From: Chrysomallon squamiferum
Taxonomy: Eukaryota > Animalia > Mollusca
Assembly: GCA_012295275.1 (NCBI GenBank)
Contig: CM022667.1
Span: forward strand, 1 to 64,000
DNA: 64,000 nucleotides
Direction: 5' to 3'
The notes below the pieces were generated by a model. The model was not told the origin of the DNA, did not search any database, and saw only the letters and a list, made by a program, of their open reading frames with translations. This document shows, piece by piece, positions 11,414 through 25,470 of the stretch. Each line of letters starts with the position of its first letter. Position 1 is the stretch's first letter. Position numbers and translations under genes: made by a program.

Positions 11414-12913
11414 CCTTTTTAAAAATAACAAAAATACAGTACTACGTGTCAGCCGAGAAGTCGCTACATCAAAGGTATCCTCTCATCAGAGGGATAAAAA
11501 TGACAGAACTAATTTACTATTTCTATTCACATCCACCACATCAATACTCACAACAAACATAAATCACTGTGGCAGGATACTGTCATCGAAAAGCATCTCG
11601 GCTTTCTCCTAAAACACAATCGCAAATATATCCCGTTCATTCATGGATGTAAATAAAACACATAATAAGCATAAACTACTTTTTCTTTCTTTCTTTCTTT
11701 CTTTCTTGTTTGTTAAATAATGCGTTTAAAAGCCAAACAGAGCTCCGATGTGTGCCAGCCGCAACATCTTTTCGACTTCATATGTCCGCTACGACGCGAT
11801 GATAATAAAACATTAGTATGCATGGAATCATGTTGAATGACTGAATTAGCAAAATTATGTACCAGATGGGTTGAAGTTGCACGAATTAGTGGGCAAGCGT
11901 TTGGCGATAGCAGATCGCGGGATATTGTGATTCGAAAACAAAAACAGTCCTTGAATACACTGTGCAATGCAGGAAAAGGACAGTGGCGTACAGAGATATC
12001 TGGTGATGCCCGGAGCCAACTCCTTGACTGCTTGCCCCAAAGACTCGAGAATAAGGCCTAGTGCTGAGAAATATTTATGAAAAATGAAGATTTTAAGAAT
12101 ATGTAAACAGAGACGAAACATAAAATAAAGACTTTAAATCGATTTAAATATAAATCAAACAAAATTTAGTTAGTTCTTTTCTCTGATTGGATGTCCCTTC
12201 GCCCCCCCACCCCTCAACGCCACATGGCGCCATCTTTAACACTATCGTATAAAATTTTGGAAGAAAACAAATCAAAATCGTTATACTGTCCGCTTTAGCA
12301 GTTGAATAATAATTTTTAAAATTCTGTCCGTTTCCGGTGATCTATAGGACATATTCACTGAAAAAATTCGGGACTCAGAATAGTGTCCATACTTTCGAAG
12401 GTGCCCGCTCATCTCAGGGGTCGCTACAGACAGGTACCACTGGAATAACAGATATTTGTGGTGTCTTCTTATTGTTTACTCAACACGAACTGATACTGGT
12501 TAATAATAATAATAAATAATTATGTTCATACAGTTATAACCAACTTTTATATATAAGGTGGTTATAACTTTTTATACTAATAAATTCATAAATAAAAGTG
12601 CAACCGAAAAACCTAATGAAAATCCATCAAAATGATGATAAAAAATATGTGAAAGGATCTTTTGTATTTCTTTGCCAAAATTGTCTTTTTGCATATACAA
12701 AAATAATTTAATGATTATCATCATTTATTCAAGGATGTCTGAGTATGGTTTTATACAAAATGGTTATTTAGTGATATTTCTTTTTTCTAATTTTATTTTC
12801 TGTTTTTGAAATTTAAATGGAAACCAGTGCCAGGTGATCAAAAAAAAATAATTTAAAAAATGAAAATAAAAACATAAATAAATAAATAATAATAATAGTA
12901 ATAATAATAATAA

Positions 12914-13068
12914 TATATATATATATATACAGACATTTACAGACATTTACACACACACACATATATATATATATCTATATATATATATATCAATATATAT
13001 AGATATATATATATATATACACATAGATTTATGGATATATCAACATACATACACATATATAGATATAT

Positions 13069-13132
<64 letters not shown>

Positions 13133-13165
13133 GCATGCATACATACATACACATACATATATATC
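12914..13165. repeat. (AT)n / (ACAT)n compound microsatellite
   Basis: Directly visible; source of several spurious IYIY ORFs. Confidence 0.95.
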
Positions 13166-13362
13166 AACAGAAGTAAGAAACTTTTCCATGAAAATCATTA
13201 TATCAAGCAGCAGAGATACTAACAATGAAGAATTAACTGAACAGTCTACCATATACAACAATCAGTATCTAGACAATCTTTTTAAATTCAAAGATTTTCA
13301 TATATTATTTTATGAGTTAATATTTATGAAAGAAAAAATAATTATTGTTTCACTTTTCAGAC

Positions 13363-13652
13363 CATTGGTTTTCAACCTTTTTCATACTGCAACCCCTGCA
13401 TGAGCAATTGAATATGACTGATGATCCTTTTAAAATTTTAGATTCAATAATATCTAGGATTACCATATTTTCACCAACCAGACAGTACAAAAGGAATCAG
13501 TATTCACTATGACGGGTCCCAAACCTGTCTACACATTTTTATTTATTCCTCCTTCAAAGTAAAGTTGAAAAAAGCTAAAACATACCCTCACTCAAGAATG
13601 ATCTCATGACCCCCAGAAAAAAGGCTTGCGACCCCCAGGTTGAAAACCTATG
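13363..13652. mobile_element. hAT (Charlie-like) MITE, 290 bp
   Basis: TIRs CATTGGTTTTCAACC / GGTTGAAAACCTATG (14/15 match). 8-bp TSD TTTCAGAC (13355-13362) / TTTTAGAC (13653-13660), 7/8 match. GACCCC subterminal motifs. Confidence 0.85.
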
Positions 13653-14046
13653 TTTTAGACTCTAGTGGATGGTTATTTTTAAACTACATTTTTGCCATGT
13701 TAATTTTGTTTCACTTCTTAAGCCAGAGTGAATAAAATTGTTGTAATGAATTATTTTATCAGATTACTATAAATTTCACTGTATTTGCTTTTTAGACCTT
13801 AATGAATTTCTGGATTCTTTTTATCAGATTATTTTTTAAATAAATGACAACAACCAAAACACAAGAGTTTTAGTTTTATTTATATGAACATGACACTTAA
13901 CTGAGTATAAACACCACACAAAGATATGTCATTTTTACATGATGTTATTATTTAGAGAGATTGTCCAATTTTTCCTCCTAACCAGTTATGTTTTGCTAAT
14001 TTTGTGTCACCCAACCAGTAATATCTCTCTTTTCTCCATCCCCAGT

Positions 14047-14469
14047 TCAAGCTTGTCTGACTGGACCTATGGAGTAATCTTCCTTCCACAGTTTGTGTTT
14101 GCCTAGCTTCTGCATCTGTTTGTGTCGAGGCTTTCGTTTACACTCGACAAAAAGTCGACCATGTCGTCTGACGAAATAACAAGCTGAACATCTTCGTTTC
14201 AGAGCTGTGCGTACTTTGTATGTGCGACATTGCTGCATCATGGGATAGTGGCAAGTCAGCGCCTGGCTATTTAATGATGTTGCCACTGCTGAACATGGCA
14301 GTAACTGTCTTTCACTGTATCGAGTTGCAGTATTGAGAGTAAACGATGATAAAAGTCTAGTATTTTTGCACAGTCCTGACAGATTTGTTGATGGGAGATA
14401 TGAAGTGATTTTCAGCATGGTCTGTCCCATTCTAGGAAGCTGCAGGAGCCCCCTCAGAAACGAAGCCAT
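14047..14469 (-). CDS. MRPL36: Mitochondrial ribosomal protein bL36m (single coding exon; the true C-terminus may extend to 13952 across a 1-nt indel)
   Basis: [37 protein letters not shown] is the L36 zinc-ribbon motif, preceded by a long basic, Ser/Leu-rich presequence. ATG at 14469 lies 2 nt after a TTTTTAG acceptor; candidate 5'UTR donors near 15132 and 15321. Confidence 0.93.
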   Translation of the reverse strand: MASFLRGLLQLPRMGQTMLKITSYLPSTNLSGLCKNTRLLSSFTLNTATRYSERQLLPCSAVATSLNSQALTCHYPMMQQCRTYKVRTALKRRCSACYFVRRHGRLFVECKRKPRHKQMQKLGKHKLWKEDYSIGPVRQA

Positions 14470-15319
14470 TGCTAAAAAGAAGAGATGACATTTAAAACAT
14501 ACATCAGTACAGTTTTTAAACAAGGCAGATTAGTTGATACAAAATGCAAAAGAAATAAATTAATGACGTAATATATATATTTTTTGAGGATGTGTTAAAT
14601 AGGCGTATCAAGTTCCTAATGTAATACTAGTAATAGTTCCAGATACGTTTGAAAAGGAAAAGAGAAACTAAAATATCAGTCATTTAGATATTGTTTTATA
14701 ACTTTATATATATATATATATATATATCATTATAATTCATACACTCCTAACATTGGACAAATTATCCCTGGACTATATTATATATACTATATAATATAGT
14801 ATATGAAATTGGCAACGGTAACTTATGTTAGAAATTATTGTCTTTTAAAATATTGTTAATTCTGTCACAGTTTTGTTAATCCTAAATTCATCTTTTCCTT
14901 GATATGAATATCACAATTATAACGAAAAGAAATTGTCCATATAAGTACAAATTTTGTCCTTGAGTCATGAGAGCATTTTTGACTTTTAATGTCAACGATT
15001 ATGTTTTACATCAAGGTTAATTCACGATTTCTATTATAAACTTTGATTCATTATTACTATTTACTTGCTGAGTAACAAATGTACATTGTAAAATTGCAAA
15101 GGTATGGACATTAAATTAATAAATAATCATACCTTCTATTTAACCAAATGCTGCAATAAAATATCCAGAAGTTTAGCTATCTAAGGGGCATAACTCTAAT
15201 TAGTCGGAAAGATAATCCAGGCCAATTAGTACCTAACAAAAACTGCCCTTTAGCGTGACGCCCACATAAATCGATTCACCGAGTTAAATTATGTGAGCTT
15301 ATATTTAATTTCGCTACGT

Positions 15320-15910
15320 ACCGTTTTCAGGTGAAAATTTCCAATTAAATATTATCATTTGGGTTTAGAATACATATTTCTAAATCAATTAACAAATTAA
15401 TGTTCATATTATATATATTAAAAAAGAAAATATGACAAAGTATTTTGTTGTAAATAGTTTATGTTAAAGAGAAAATGTGTTTGTGTTTGTATTTTAAATG
15501 TTCAATATTCACTGATATTTATATATCAGTTTTCATATAGACCCAAAAGTATAACATTTAAACATTCAGAGTAAATAACCTCCGCAGAACACGATGTAGA
15601 TCCCTTTCAAAACATTAAATATTAATAAATAAATAAATAAATAAAAGTATTTATCAGTTATATCATGCGTTAAAAATTATGCCCTAATAATATAAATATA
15701 TTGGATTAATCACCGCAATATAATTTGTTTAAATATTATTATTTTCATTTATATGTTATATTCTAAAACAATATTAACCAATAGATACGATCGAAAAATA
15801 AGCCAATGAAAACGAAGTATTATTGAAGCTGCAGTGCAGTGCGAGAAGGAAAGGCTATTGTTTTGCTAACCAGATAAATCACGTTATAGATACTGACTTT
15901 ATTCTGTGAG
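15320..15910. promoter_or_regulatory. Probable bidirectional promoter between MRPL36 and the Pro/Tyr-rich gene
   Basis: Divergent genes; two CCAAT boxes (AACCAATAG 15777, AGCCAATGA 15801); a plus-strand donor GTGAGT near 15907. Confidence 0.5.
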
Positions 15911-18597
15911 TATAAAACTGAATGGTAATATTTTATGGTGTGTGATCAGATCTACATTTCTTTCGAAGCCCTGTCCGTACATTTCCCCCCTGTTATCATT
16001 CATAGTAAGATTTTTGTGTTTCGTTGACAGGTGCGTCGGATATGTACTCAGTACTGCTGGCCTATATTAGTAGGCTTATAGTGTTACATGCAGGTTTTAA
16101 ATGGAATCAAACGGTTGCTTCAGTCAGTCAGATTGGATTGTTTTATTTAAGGGCTCTTAAATGAAGCTAAGGGTTGTTTTGATTCTGATTTTCGGTATTC
16201 GATTTAAATTTATCTTCTCAATATTTCCAAGGAGATAGTTCAGTCTGCGAGAGCTTGAGTTTCGGCATCAATTGATCAAGTATGAGCATATCATGATAAT
16301 CATTATAATGATGGTTATGAATATGACCATAACACTCGTAATACAAAGTCACAGTAGTGTTGTACTATTATTATTGAAGTTTTCATACTGGCTGCGGCCA
16401 ATATTAAACATAAATCTTATTGTAGTGTAACAATTTCTTAGTTGCCTTTTCTTCCTAAATAACAGAAAATGAGTAATAATAGGTAAATAGTAAATACTAG
16501 AAAATATATCATTATTGTTATGATTACTAAATGAATTACAAGACTTTGTTAATCAATACCTACACATATTTTTCATATTTTATAATAACAGCAAAATAAT
16601 AATTTAAATAATATATTACCAATTAACTAATTTTATGTGTGTGTGTACACTAGATCTTGAAATTTTGAAATTATTTTATAAAACTGATACATCTGTGAGT
16701 ATTTCCATGACTGATGGCCATGACTGATGGCTAAAGAGCAGGTAATTTCCCTGAAAGTAAAATTTAAAAAGCCAGTGTTTGGAAGGAAGGAATATATTCA
16801 GCTGCAATGAAAGAGGAAGCTTTCTGTTACTCTACTGGTTCACAAACAGAATTTTGATTTTGAAACACCAATTTCTTTCGTCAAATTACAGATTTATTTA
16901 TTTATCAATAAGTATACACAGATTATTGTTCTTCTTTACTGATAATTTGAGCAATGAAGTCCTAACAGATGAAATTATTGTACTATATAAATATAAACAC
17001 ATTTCCTAACATAACTGACCACCATTTTCTTTTTGTCACTTGGCTGTTCATTTTTGTTCAGTTGGCTAATTCATATTTGATTAAACAGCTGCAAGAGTAC
17101 ATACATACTTTATATAAATTAATCAATCATTCTTCAGCATTTCACCTTTCTAAATTTACATTAACTGAAATCAAAAACTTATTTTTTGTTTGTTTGCAAA
17201 ATGTCTTCCAAGTATTAAACATTAGACCTAATGGTATAAATTGTATTATTGTCTTGTGTTTTTAAATTAATTTAAAAAAAAATCACAATTTGACTGCATG
17301 TATTATATTATAATACATGTCCTATTTGTACCATTGTATTAAACAAACTGTGTTTCAGTGTACTTTATATCAAGGTAGAATGTTTTATTAAATCCAATGA
17401 AAATGCATATCAGTTCAGAAGCCCAGGCTGACTGTTTCTGAACATGGAAACATAATTTTAGTTCAGTAAATGGAAAACTTATTTTATCAGATTAAATAAC
17501 AATTTTCATAAGTGAAAAATCTTTCTTTTCCATTAGCTACAAGGGATTGTTTTTTTGCATCTTCCCAGCAGTAGAAAATAGTACAACATGCCCTTTATTA
17601 AATCAGTAATGGGTAAACTGGTTAAATGGAAAATGGCCCAGTCGTGCACTTAAAATTAAATTGTGTAAATATGATCTGTAATATGCTTAAAAACTGGTTG
17701 GAGAAGAAAGGTATTCAAAAAAGAAACACTTTCGTTCACATTTCATCCAGAATTAACGCTTTTTATTTGTTTAAATGAAATTTATAAAAATGAGTTCAGA
17801 AATTTGTATTAATAATTTAAATTTATTTTTTCATGTAGAAATATTACTGAGTAAGAAAAGAACATCTGCCTAGAGTTGTAACATGTTAAATATATTGATT
17901 TTTTATATATTAATTAAGCAGAGAAAATTCAGCCAACAAATTATGGCACTTTAATTATTGTAAACAGATAGCATAAATTATTGATCTTGTTTATGACTGG
18001 ACATTTCAAAACATACATTTATTTTCTTACAAAGAATTGTAAACAATAATTGTGTGGCTGTGAACATACTTATTGTTTATAATTTACAAGCAGTAATTGT
18101 TAAACAGATATTTAGATATTTTTCAGAAAGTTATAAAGAAGATAATGAAATATATAGTCTTGTTAATAGTTTGTTAGACATTTTTTTTTTAAATATTTTT
18201 AAATTATGTTATACATATCAGGAATAAATAAGGCAATGAAAGTATATATTGTTCGTGTATGCATTGATGAATTGTTTCTAAAATGTTTATTTCTTATTCA
18301 GGAATTAATCTTTTTGAAAATAGAGTGGACATAGTATGTGTGTGTTTATTTTAATATTATGAGGTGTATTAAATTTGATTTTAATGGATATTTAATTTTA
18401 TTTCAGAAAGGTCAAGAAATCAAAAATATTCCACCATCCATGTGAGCAAATTAGGTAATTGAGAATGTTAAATTTATTATGGCATATGTTGAAACAGCTT
18501 TATTCCAATATATATATATATATATATATTATTTATAGATTGAAACCTGTATGTTCAAAAAATAAATATTTAAGTAATTTATTGCTATTGTATATTG

Positions 18598-18633
<36 letters not shown>

Positions 18634-19319
18634 ACAAAATATAAATAAATGTGGTTTTATCCAGCTTCTGGTAAATGAATTGATTTTTTATGTGATGTAA
18701 ATGCTGAAGAAATAACAAAGAGCAGTTACTGAGTTAGACATATTTGATATTTACTTACTGACTAGGTTATTAATAAATCTGACATATCCTGGCTTCTTTC
18801 AGTTTTTCATGTCTGTGAAAATTGTTTCCTTCTTGATTAGAAAGAACTAGTATAAAGAAAAGTTATAATGTCTAAAACTTTTTTATTTTCAGAACACAAA
18901 ATTACTTTTTCAAGCCACACGTTAGACCAAAAGGTTTGTTTATCAGAAATTAAGAAAATGTATTTCTGAACTAAAAAATTTTGCCTGTGAATTTAAAAAG
19001 CAGCATCTCAGTACTGTTTTATTCAAAAGTTAACAACTTTTATTTCTTTGTACAGAAATGAAAGTAATAAGTTTTTGATAATTATATATAAATATGCACG
19101 TTCTGTTTTGTACCCAAATAGAATTAAAGGAATGAATTTAGACTGATGCTGTAGCAAGAATAATAAAAAAAAAATTAGGTTTTAAAACTATTGTTAATAA
19201 TAGCAGCCTTTTTGATGTCTTGTTTTGATTAGAACTTACAAAAATTAAAAAAAAAAAAAAAAAATTAAAAAAAAATTAATGTCACCAGCTACACAGAGTA
19301 ATTGTTTTTTCAGAAAACT

Positions 19320-19937
19320 ATGAATTACCAAAGTGTTGGAGGCGTACCCTCACCAGGAATCCTCGTTGCAGACAAAAACAGCATGTATGGCGCACCTGGT
19401 GTCATGCCTCCTACAGGCCTGTACCAGCAGCCGCAGCAGCCTAGCATGCCGGGGGCACCGGGATCGAGACTTCAGCATGCCACGGCGTTCACGTCAGTGA
19501 CGCAGGCCTATGCATCACCTTTCTACACACCAACCACAGGGTACTCCACCTTATCGTCCCCGTACCAGTTAACAGCCACAGCGGGAGCTTACCCCGGCAT
19601 GCCCTACTCCTCCATACAGCCAGTGTCGACAAACCCCAGCTACCCTCCGGGCCAGTATTCTGCTCCCACGGCCTATTTTGCCACCCAGGCCCCGAGTTCC
19701 GGACTTGGTCCTTCGAGCACTTTGGGACCGTCGCCTGCCCAGTATGCATCAGCAATGCAAGGAGGCAGTCAGATGGTCTATCCCACGGGTAGCATATCAG
19801 TGGCAGGATACGGGCCATATCAGACTGTGCCAGCTGGCCCAGGTTACCAGATGTCTACGATGGGTTATCCTACAAATCTTGGAGCAACGCCATCTTACCC
19901 GCCAGGTGCTTCTTCGTTATATGGTCCTCGTTTTTAG
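19320..19937 (+). CDS. 205-aa Pro/Tyr/Gly/Ser/Gln-rich low-complexity protein, single coding exon; possibly FAM168 (MANI/TCRP1)- or DAZAP2-like
   Basis: GC-rich open frame in an AT-rich background; TTTTTTCAG acceptor 6 nt before the ATG. MNYQSVGGVPSPG...SLYGPRF with many PY motifs. The family call rests on composition and termini only. Candidate non-coding exons at ~16031-16278, 18407-18454 and 18893-18934; AATAAA at 23338. Confidence 0.8.
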   Translation: MNYQSVGGVPSPGILVADKNSMYGAPGVMPPTGLYQQPQQPSMPGAPGSRLQHATAFTSVTQAYASPFYTPTTGYSTLSSPYQLTATAGAYPGMPYSSIQPVSTNPSYPPGQYSAPTAYFATQAPSSGLGPSSTLGPSPAQYASAMQGGSQMVYPTGSISVAGYGPYQTVPAGPGYQMSTMGYPTNLGATPSYPPGASSLYGPRF

Positions 19938-20035
19938 ATACTTGTTGGTGTTTTGTCCATGTTCGTGAGGCATTTTGACCACCATGGTAGAGGAGTCAGA
20001 TCCAAATGTGGTGTCATTTTGGCTGGGTTGTTTCC

Positions 20036-20067
<32 letters not shown>

Positions 20068-20081
20068 GATGATGATTCTTT

Positions 20082-20113
<32 letters not shown>

Positions 20114-21910
20114 CCATCTTTATTATTTGTTTTTATTTTTATTTTTGTTTTATTTTTATTTATTTTTTTTGGTTCTTATTGTCCTATATGACAAATGTGT
20201 TTTATTTCAGAAGTTTGATAGAACATCCCATAATTCTTTTTTTTTTTTTTTTTTTTTTTTTTGTATTTCCTGTGCATTTGAGATAGATCTTTGGGGGAAA
20301 ATAAATAAATTCTTGTTTAAAATGGTAATTATGCATCTTTCCATTTCCTTATTATAGTTTTTTTTAATTTTAATTAATTTTTTGTAAATTAAAAAACATA
20401 TATTGCGGCTGAAACGACATCATTAATGATGCCCTTGTGATTTTAAAAAAAAAGGTTTTTTTTCTTCTGCAGGTGCAATGATGTAAATTATATTTTATAT
20501 ACTTAAATAATACTCGGAAATTAATTAAAACATTTTTTTTTTATTTCTTATTATTATTATTTTTATATATATACATGATTTTTACAGCCTTCCCTTAGTG
20601 CTAATTACACCACAGTAAGGTAACATGTCAAGTATTTTAACAATGGCTCGAACAGCTATATAATGAAGTCACTTCATCTGATAGTGATACTAATAATTAT
20701 CTTAATAGTGAACAGTGATTCATTTTACTAACTTACACCACAAAAATGTTAATTTTTTTAGCATTTATTAAAATTCTGTATGCATTTTAGGATTTGTCAA
20801 ACAATTTGCCAATGATATATTTTTTTTTCTTTTATAAATACATTTTTTTTTTTCTTTTTCGGGTTTGACATTATGCAGATATTTTGATTGCAGGCTTCTG
20901 TATCAAAAATTAGCCCACCAAATCAGTAAATGCCTTGGTGTTGTGTTGCATTGCTTCCAAGTTTTTGGTTTTCTTTCAGTCAGGAAATTTCAAAAGAACT
21001 GAAAACTGCTTCTGAGAAGCTTTAACTTGGAAATTGTTTGTAACTCCATAGATAGTTAAAAATAATATTGAAAATCAAGATTTATACGATGAAACATTTT
21101 TTTTTTTTTTAACCCTAATTTATATGATAGAAACAAATTTAGAACCCAGATTTATATGACAGAAACAATTTTTAACTGGATTTATACAATAAAAGACAAC
21201 ATTTTGTACCATGATTTATTTGTTAACAATAATTTTGAACCCTGATTTATATGATAATAATAATTCAGCATTGATTTCTATAAAGAATTTTAAAGTTTAT
21301 TTGTTAGTATTCTGTCATTGCATATGGTTGACAAATCTGTTCATGTCCGCCCATTTTTACAGTACCTCAACTGCTGTGTAATGGATTATGCATTGTCTTT
21401 CTTGTACATAGAAATACAAATTTCCTTCTTTTTATTTTATTTTTATTTATTTTTTTTAATTTAAAAAAAGAAATAAAAAAAAATGTAAGGGTTTCTTAAA
21501 GTTAAAAACAATATGTTTTATATTTTGTAACCAGTTAAAATGACAGTGATAATATGCACCGTTTTTAAAAAAATAAATGATCTTGTGTCATGAGTGTTAA
21601 AAGGTGCTTGGTAAAGGGAAATAATTTCATTGAGGTTTGGAAGGGTAAATGGGTAAATTGAAATCGTTTTGTTGTTTTTAATTTTTTTTTTTTTTTTTTT
21701 TTTAAGATAAAGTATTGAAAAACATCTTTTCTGAGACGTTAATTGGATTTGTCAAGAGCATATTTGTAGTTGAGACTAAATAAATGTTTGGATTAACAAC
21801 CATGGGTGGATCTAAATTGTTTTGTAAAGGATGCAGGCTCAGTTGTGTGTTTTTTTTTTCTATTTGGGGTGGGAGTATATAAAGCTGAAAGACAATGAAT
21901 GTGTGCTTGA

Positions 21911-21946
<36 letters not shown>

Positions 21947-22199
21947 CTGAGAGTTGTTGATTCCATGCAGACTCTGTGTACTTTGTCAATGCAGATTTAT
22001 ATTTTTTTAAACATTTTTTTTTTTTTTTTTAATATTGCTTTTGATTCTATTTTTAACCACAACTTTAAAATAAAATGGAAAGGGGTACTCACTTATTGAT
22101 GACAAAATTGCTTGACAGTACAAGGAAAACAAAATAATCTCAAAATCTAAATTTTGGGCAAAATAATTACAACCAGATATGTGAAATGTATAAACGGCT

Positions 22200-22234
<35 letters not shown>

Positions 22235-25200
22235 TAATGTATACACCACATTTAATTAATTTATTTATTAATAATTTATAAATAATTTTAAATAAATATA
22301 TATTTTGGACGGCAGGGGATGGTGGAGTTCGAACTAACACTATTTTTATGCTTACCATTCCAATAACGAGTTAATCAGAAAATCTGAAATTTTCCTCATT
22401 ATCATTGGTATCATTGGCATCAGTACAATCAAAAGAAAATAATAAAAAGCAAAGAGTTCATCGCCCAGTTAATAATAAAATGCATGCATGGCTCACCATT
22501 TTGGAACTTTACTGTATTTATTAATCGTGGAAATTCGTTGATCTGGAGATGATGTCAGAGTTATGACGTGTGAAAATTATTAATCAGAACTTTACCAGTT
22601 TAGAAAATATAGATCTGTTCATATGCAAATCTCATCTTTTAACATCTTTATTTATTTTTTTTATTTTTTTTCTCTAACAAAATTGTTTAATGATTATATA
22701 TGTTGTTTTATTTTTTGTTTTTTTTTACCCCACTGAAAACAAAACTTATTTAGTGATTGGATACTTTTATTTCTGGGATTTGTGATAACTAATGTACTAA
22801 TTAACTACTTTCTGAAAGTCAGTGTTTTATTTTTGTTGATTATTTAAATCTTCCAATATTTCTGAAATTTCATTTTTAATCTGAAGAAGATTAACACTTT
22901 TATTAATCTCCCTAATTCACCAAAAAAGAAAAAAAAGAAAAAAAAGAAAAAAAAAAGAAGAAAAAATTAGAAAAGCTTGATTAATAATAAAAAACTGAAG
23001 GTGATGCAGGAAGCAGTGATGTACATTTTGATGCATAATTTTTTAATTACTTGTTTTTTTCTCATCTATTTCTTTTATTTTAATTATTTAAATTTTTCTT
23101 AAATTATTTATTTCAAAAGAAGGGGGCGGGTTTTGCCAACCGAGAGAGTAGACTGTAGCGGGTATCTCTATTTTTTTACCACTTTTTTTATTTTTATTGA
23201 TGCAAATCAATAATGTTTTTAGACAGATTTAGTTTATCATTTATTTTGTATGTTAGATTGTTAACAGCTTTGTGACAAATCCCTTGATTGTATACTTTTA
23301 TTTATACTGTTCATATTATGTAAAGGTATCTTGATCGAATAAAACTGAAGCTTTTCTCATCAAGTTTTCTGTTGTCTCTTAATAAAGGGGGTTATTTAAA
23401 GGGGGTCGAACATTTATTTTTATATTATTACATGTATTTTATTTTTATTATTATTATTATTTATCAGATTTTTTCATGGACATACATTATTTTCTTTAAA
23501 CTGTACATGTGTTAGCATCAGTAAAGAACATGCTCATTTTATGTACTTCAATGTGATGATTTTATTTCTTCACACCAACCTTTACTAATAATAAAGTACA
23601 ATAATAATCCTCAGGAGATATCCTTGGTTCATTGTGTCTTTATTACATCTTTATATGTTCTTTTATTTATTTAAAATAAATAATAAAATACTGCAAAGCC
23701 TTGTTATTTATACTGTTAATTATCAAAACTGTAACTAAAAGTTCTACAAAATGTTTTTATTTTTTTTATTTTCACAATTTTAAAGAAACTAATTTTATAC
23801 AGTAGTTTAGGAATTTCATAAACATCCTTAAAATGTTTATTTTTTCATTATAAGATGTTATTATTGTTGGACATAGTAACAGTAGTTACTAAACCTTCCT
23901 TTGATTTTAACAGTTTTTTAATCGGACTATAAATAACAGATAACTTGCTCACTATACAAACCTGTGTGACATCAAAAGGACACTTGCACGCTTAACTTTA
24001 CAATATTAACTGGTAGAGATTTTGTAAACAAAATTAGATTAAACGATAGAAAATTGACCAACATCATTTATATTCATATTTTATTATTTAAAATAATGTT
24101 CATACATCATGTGTATAAATATTAAGGCATACAAGAATATATACATACGGTTTGGATTTCACAAGCATCAGTTCTTATCTTTCTTTCTAAATTTGGTAAC
24201 AATGGTTTTGAAAAAGAATAGTGTATTATAATTTTTGTTGTACTTCGGATAAGTACACGAGTGAAATGCAATTAGAGAGCTAATTAGTGAAAAATCTAAG
24301 ATATTTTCCTAATAATCTAATTGATGATGGTGGTCTATTCTGGCAATTTCTGTGAATTAAAATTATTCTGACTCTGAATAAAATAGAGTCACAAATATTT
24401 ACATAAAATGGTTTATTTTGGGTTCCAAGTTCTATTGAGTCAACTGTTAAATAATAAGGTTCTCCTTATAATACTAGTTACATAATTCTACAATTAAGAA
24501 TGAAACATGATCGATTCTGAGAAAAATATTATTAAAAACAAGGACATTCTAACTGTTCTTTTAACAAACAGCAAAATAACTGGATGCAAAATATTATTTA
24601 ATAATTTATACCAAAAAGAAAATTTTATTTTGATGGGGATATATTAGTTATTTATAATAAACCAGAAGCAAAAGGTTATTTTAAATAAATAATTAAACCA
24701 AAATAAGTATTACTTTGATGGAGATATACAAGTTGTTTGAAATTACAGTGAAAAACAAAAAGTAAAATACAAATAAATAATATATAAAAGAAAAAATACA
24801 TAATGCGGATTATTTATCCTCAATGTGCAGCTTTTAACTGGCTATCTCTCTCTAATACAACATTATTTGACATGGCTATTGTAATTTTCATTGGCTGGAA
24901 CTGGAAAAATAACTATGGCAGCACCTAAAAGGATTGGGTCATTAATATGAACCTATATATAAGCTTTCATTTTCTCAAGATTCACGTAGATAAGATCTAA
25001 ATAGCTACATAGATAAATAGATAGATATACATACAGATAGATAGGTAATAGATAAGACTGATGGATATAAAAACAGTACAAAACAAAACAAAAATTTGAG
25101 TAAATAATAAAAAGGTTATGTAATTTATATATGTGTATATACCCATAACTGAAGAATAAAAAGTGTGTCAATCTCCGTAAGTGCATTCACCACAAATTTG

Positions 25201-25414
25201 CTTTTTTGGCAGATTTGCTGAGCTTGGATTGTCAGAACAGTGAAAATACAGCATTTACAAAAATATACATAATATATACCAGTTATATATTTGTGCAATG
25301 GAGAAAATGAAAATACGAATGTTCAGCAACACACACCACAAAAAAAAGGAATTTAAAGAATATAAATATTGATAGTAATGTGAGAGAGTGTAAGCGTGAA
25401 TATGTGTATATTCA

Positions 25415-25416
<2 letters not shown>

Positions 25417-25469
<53 letters not shown>
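25417..25469. repeat. (GT)n microsatellite
   Basis: Directly visible. Confidence 0.95.

Positions 25470-25470
<1 letters not shown>

Noticed and set aside
11403-12121. Overlapping short ORFs beyond the U3 array
   Set aside because: No recognisable domain or consistent splice structure; partly transposon-like sequence.
13996-14049. Selenocysteine or stop read-through of the MRPL36 TGA (giving TGDGEKRDITGWVTQN*)
   Set aside because: I recognised no SECIS, and the -1 frame gives a longer, more protein-like tail.
19489-19968. Antisense and alternative-frame ORFs overlapping the PY-rich gene
   Set aside because: Expected by-product of a GC-rich coding exon; no independent support.
24321-24378. 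TGATGA...CTGA as a possible C/D box snoRNA
   Set aside because: Not intronic, no convincing terminal stem or rRNA antisense element, and such motifs are common by chance in AT-rich DNA.
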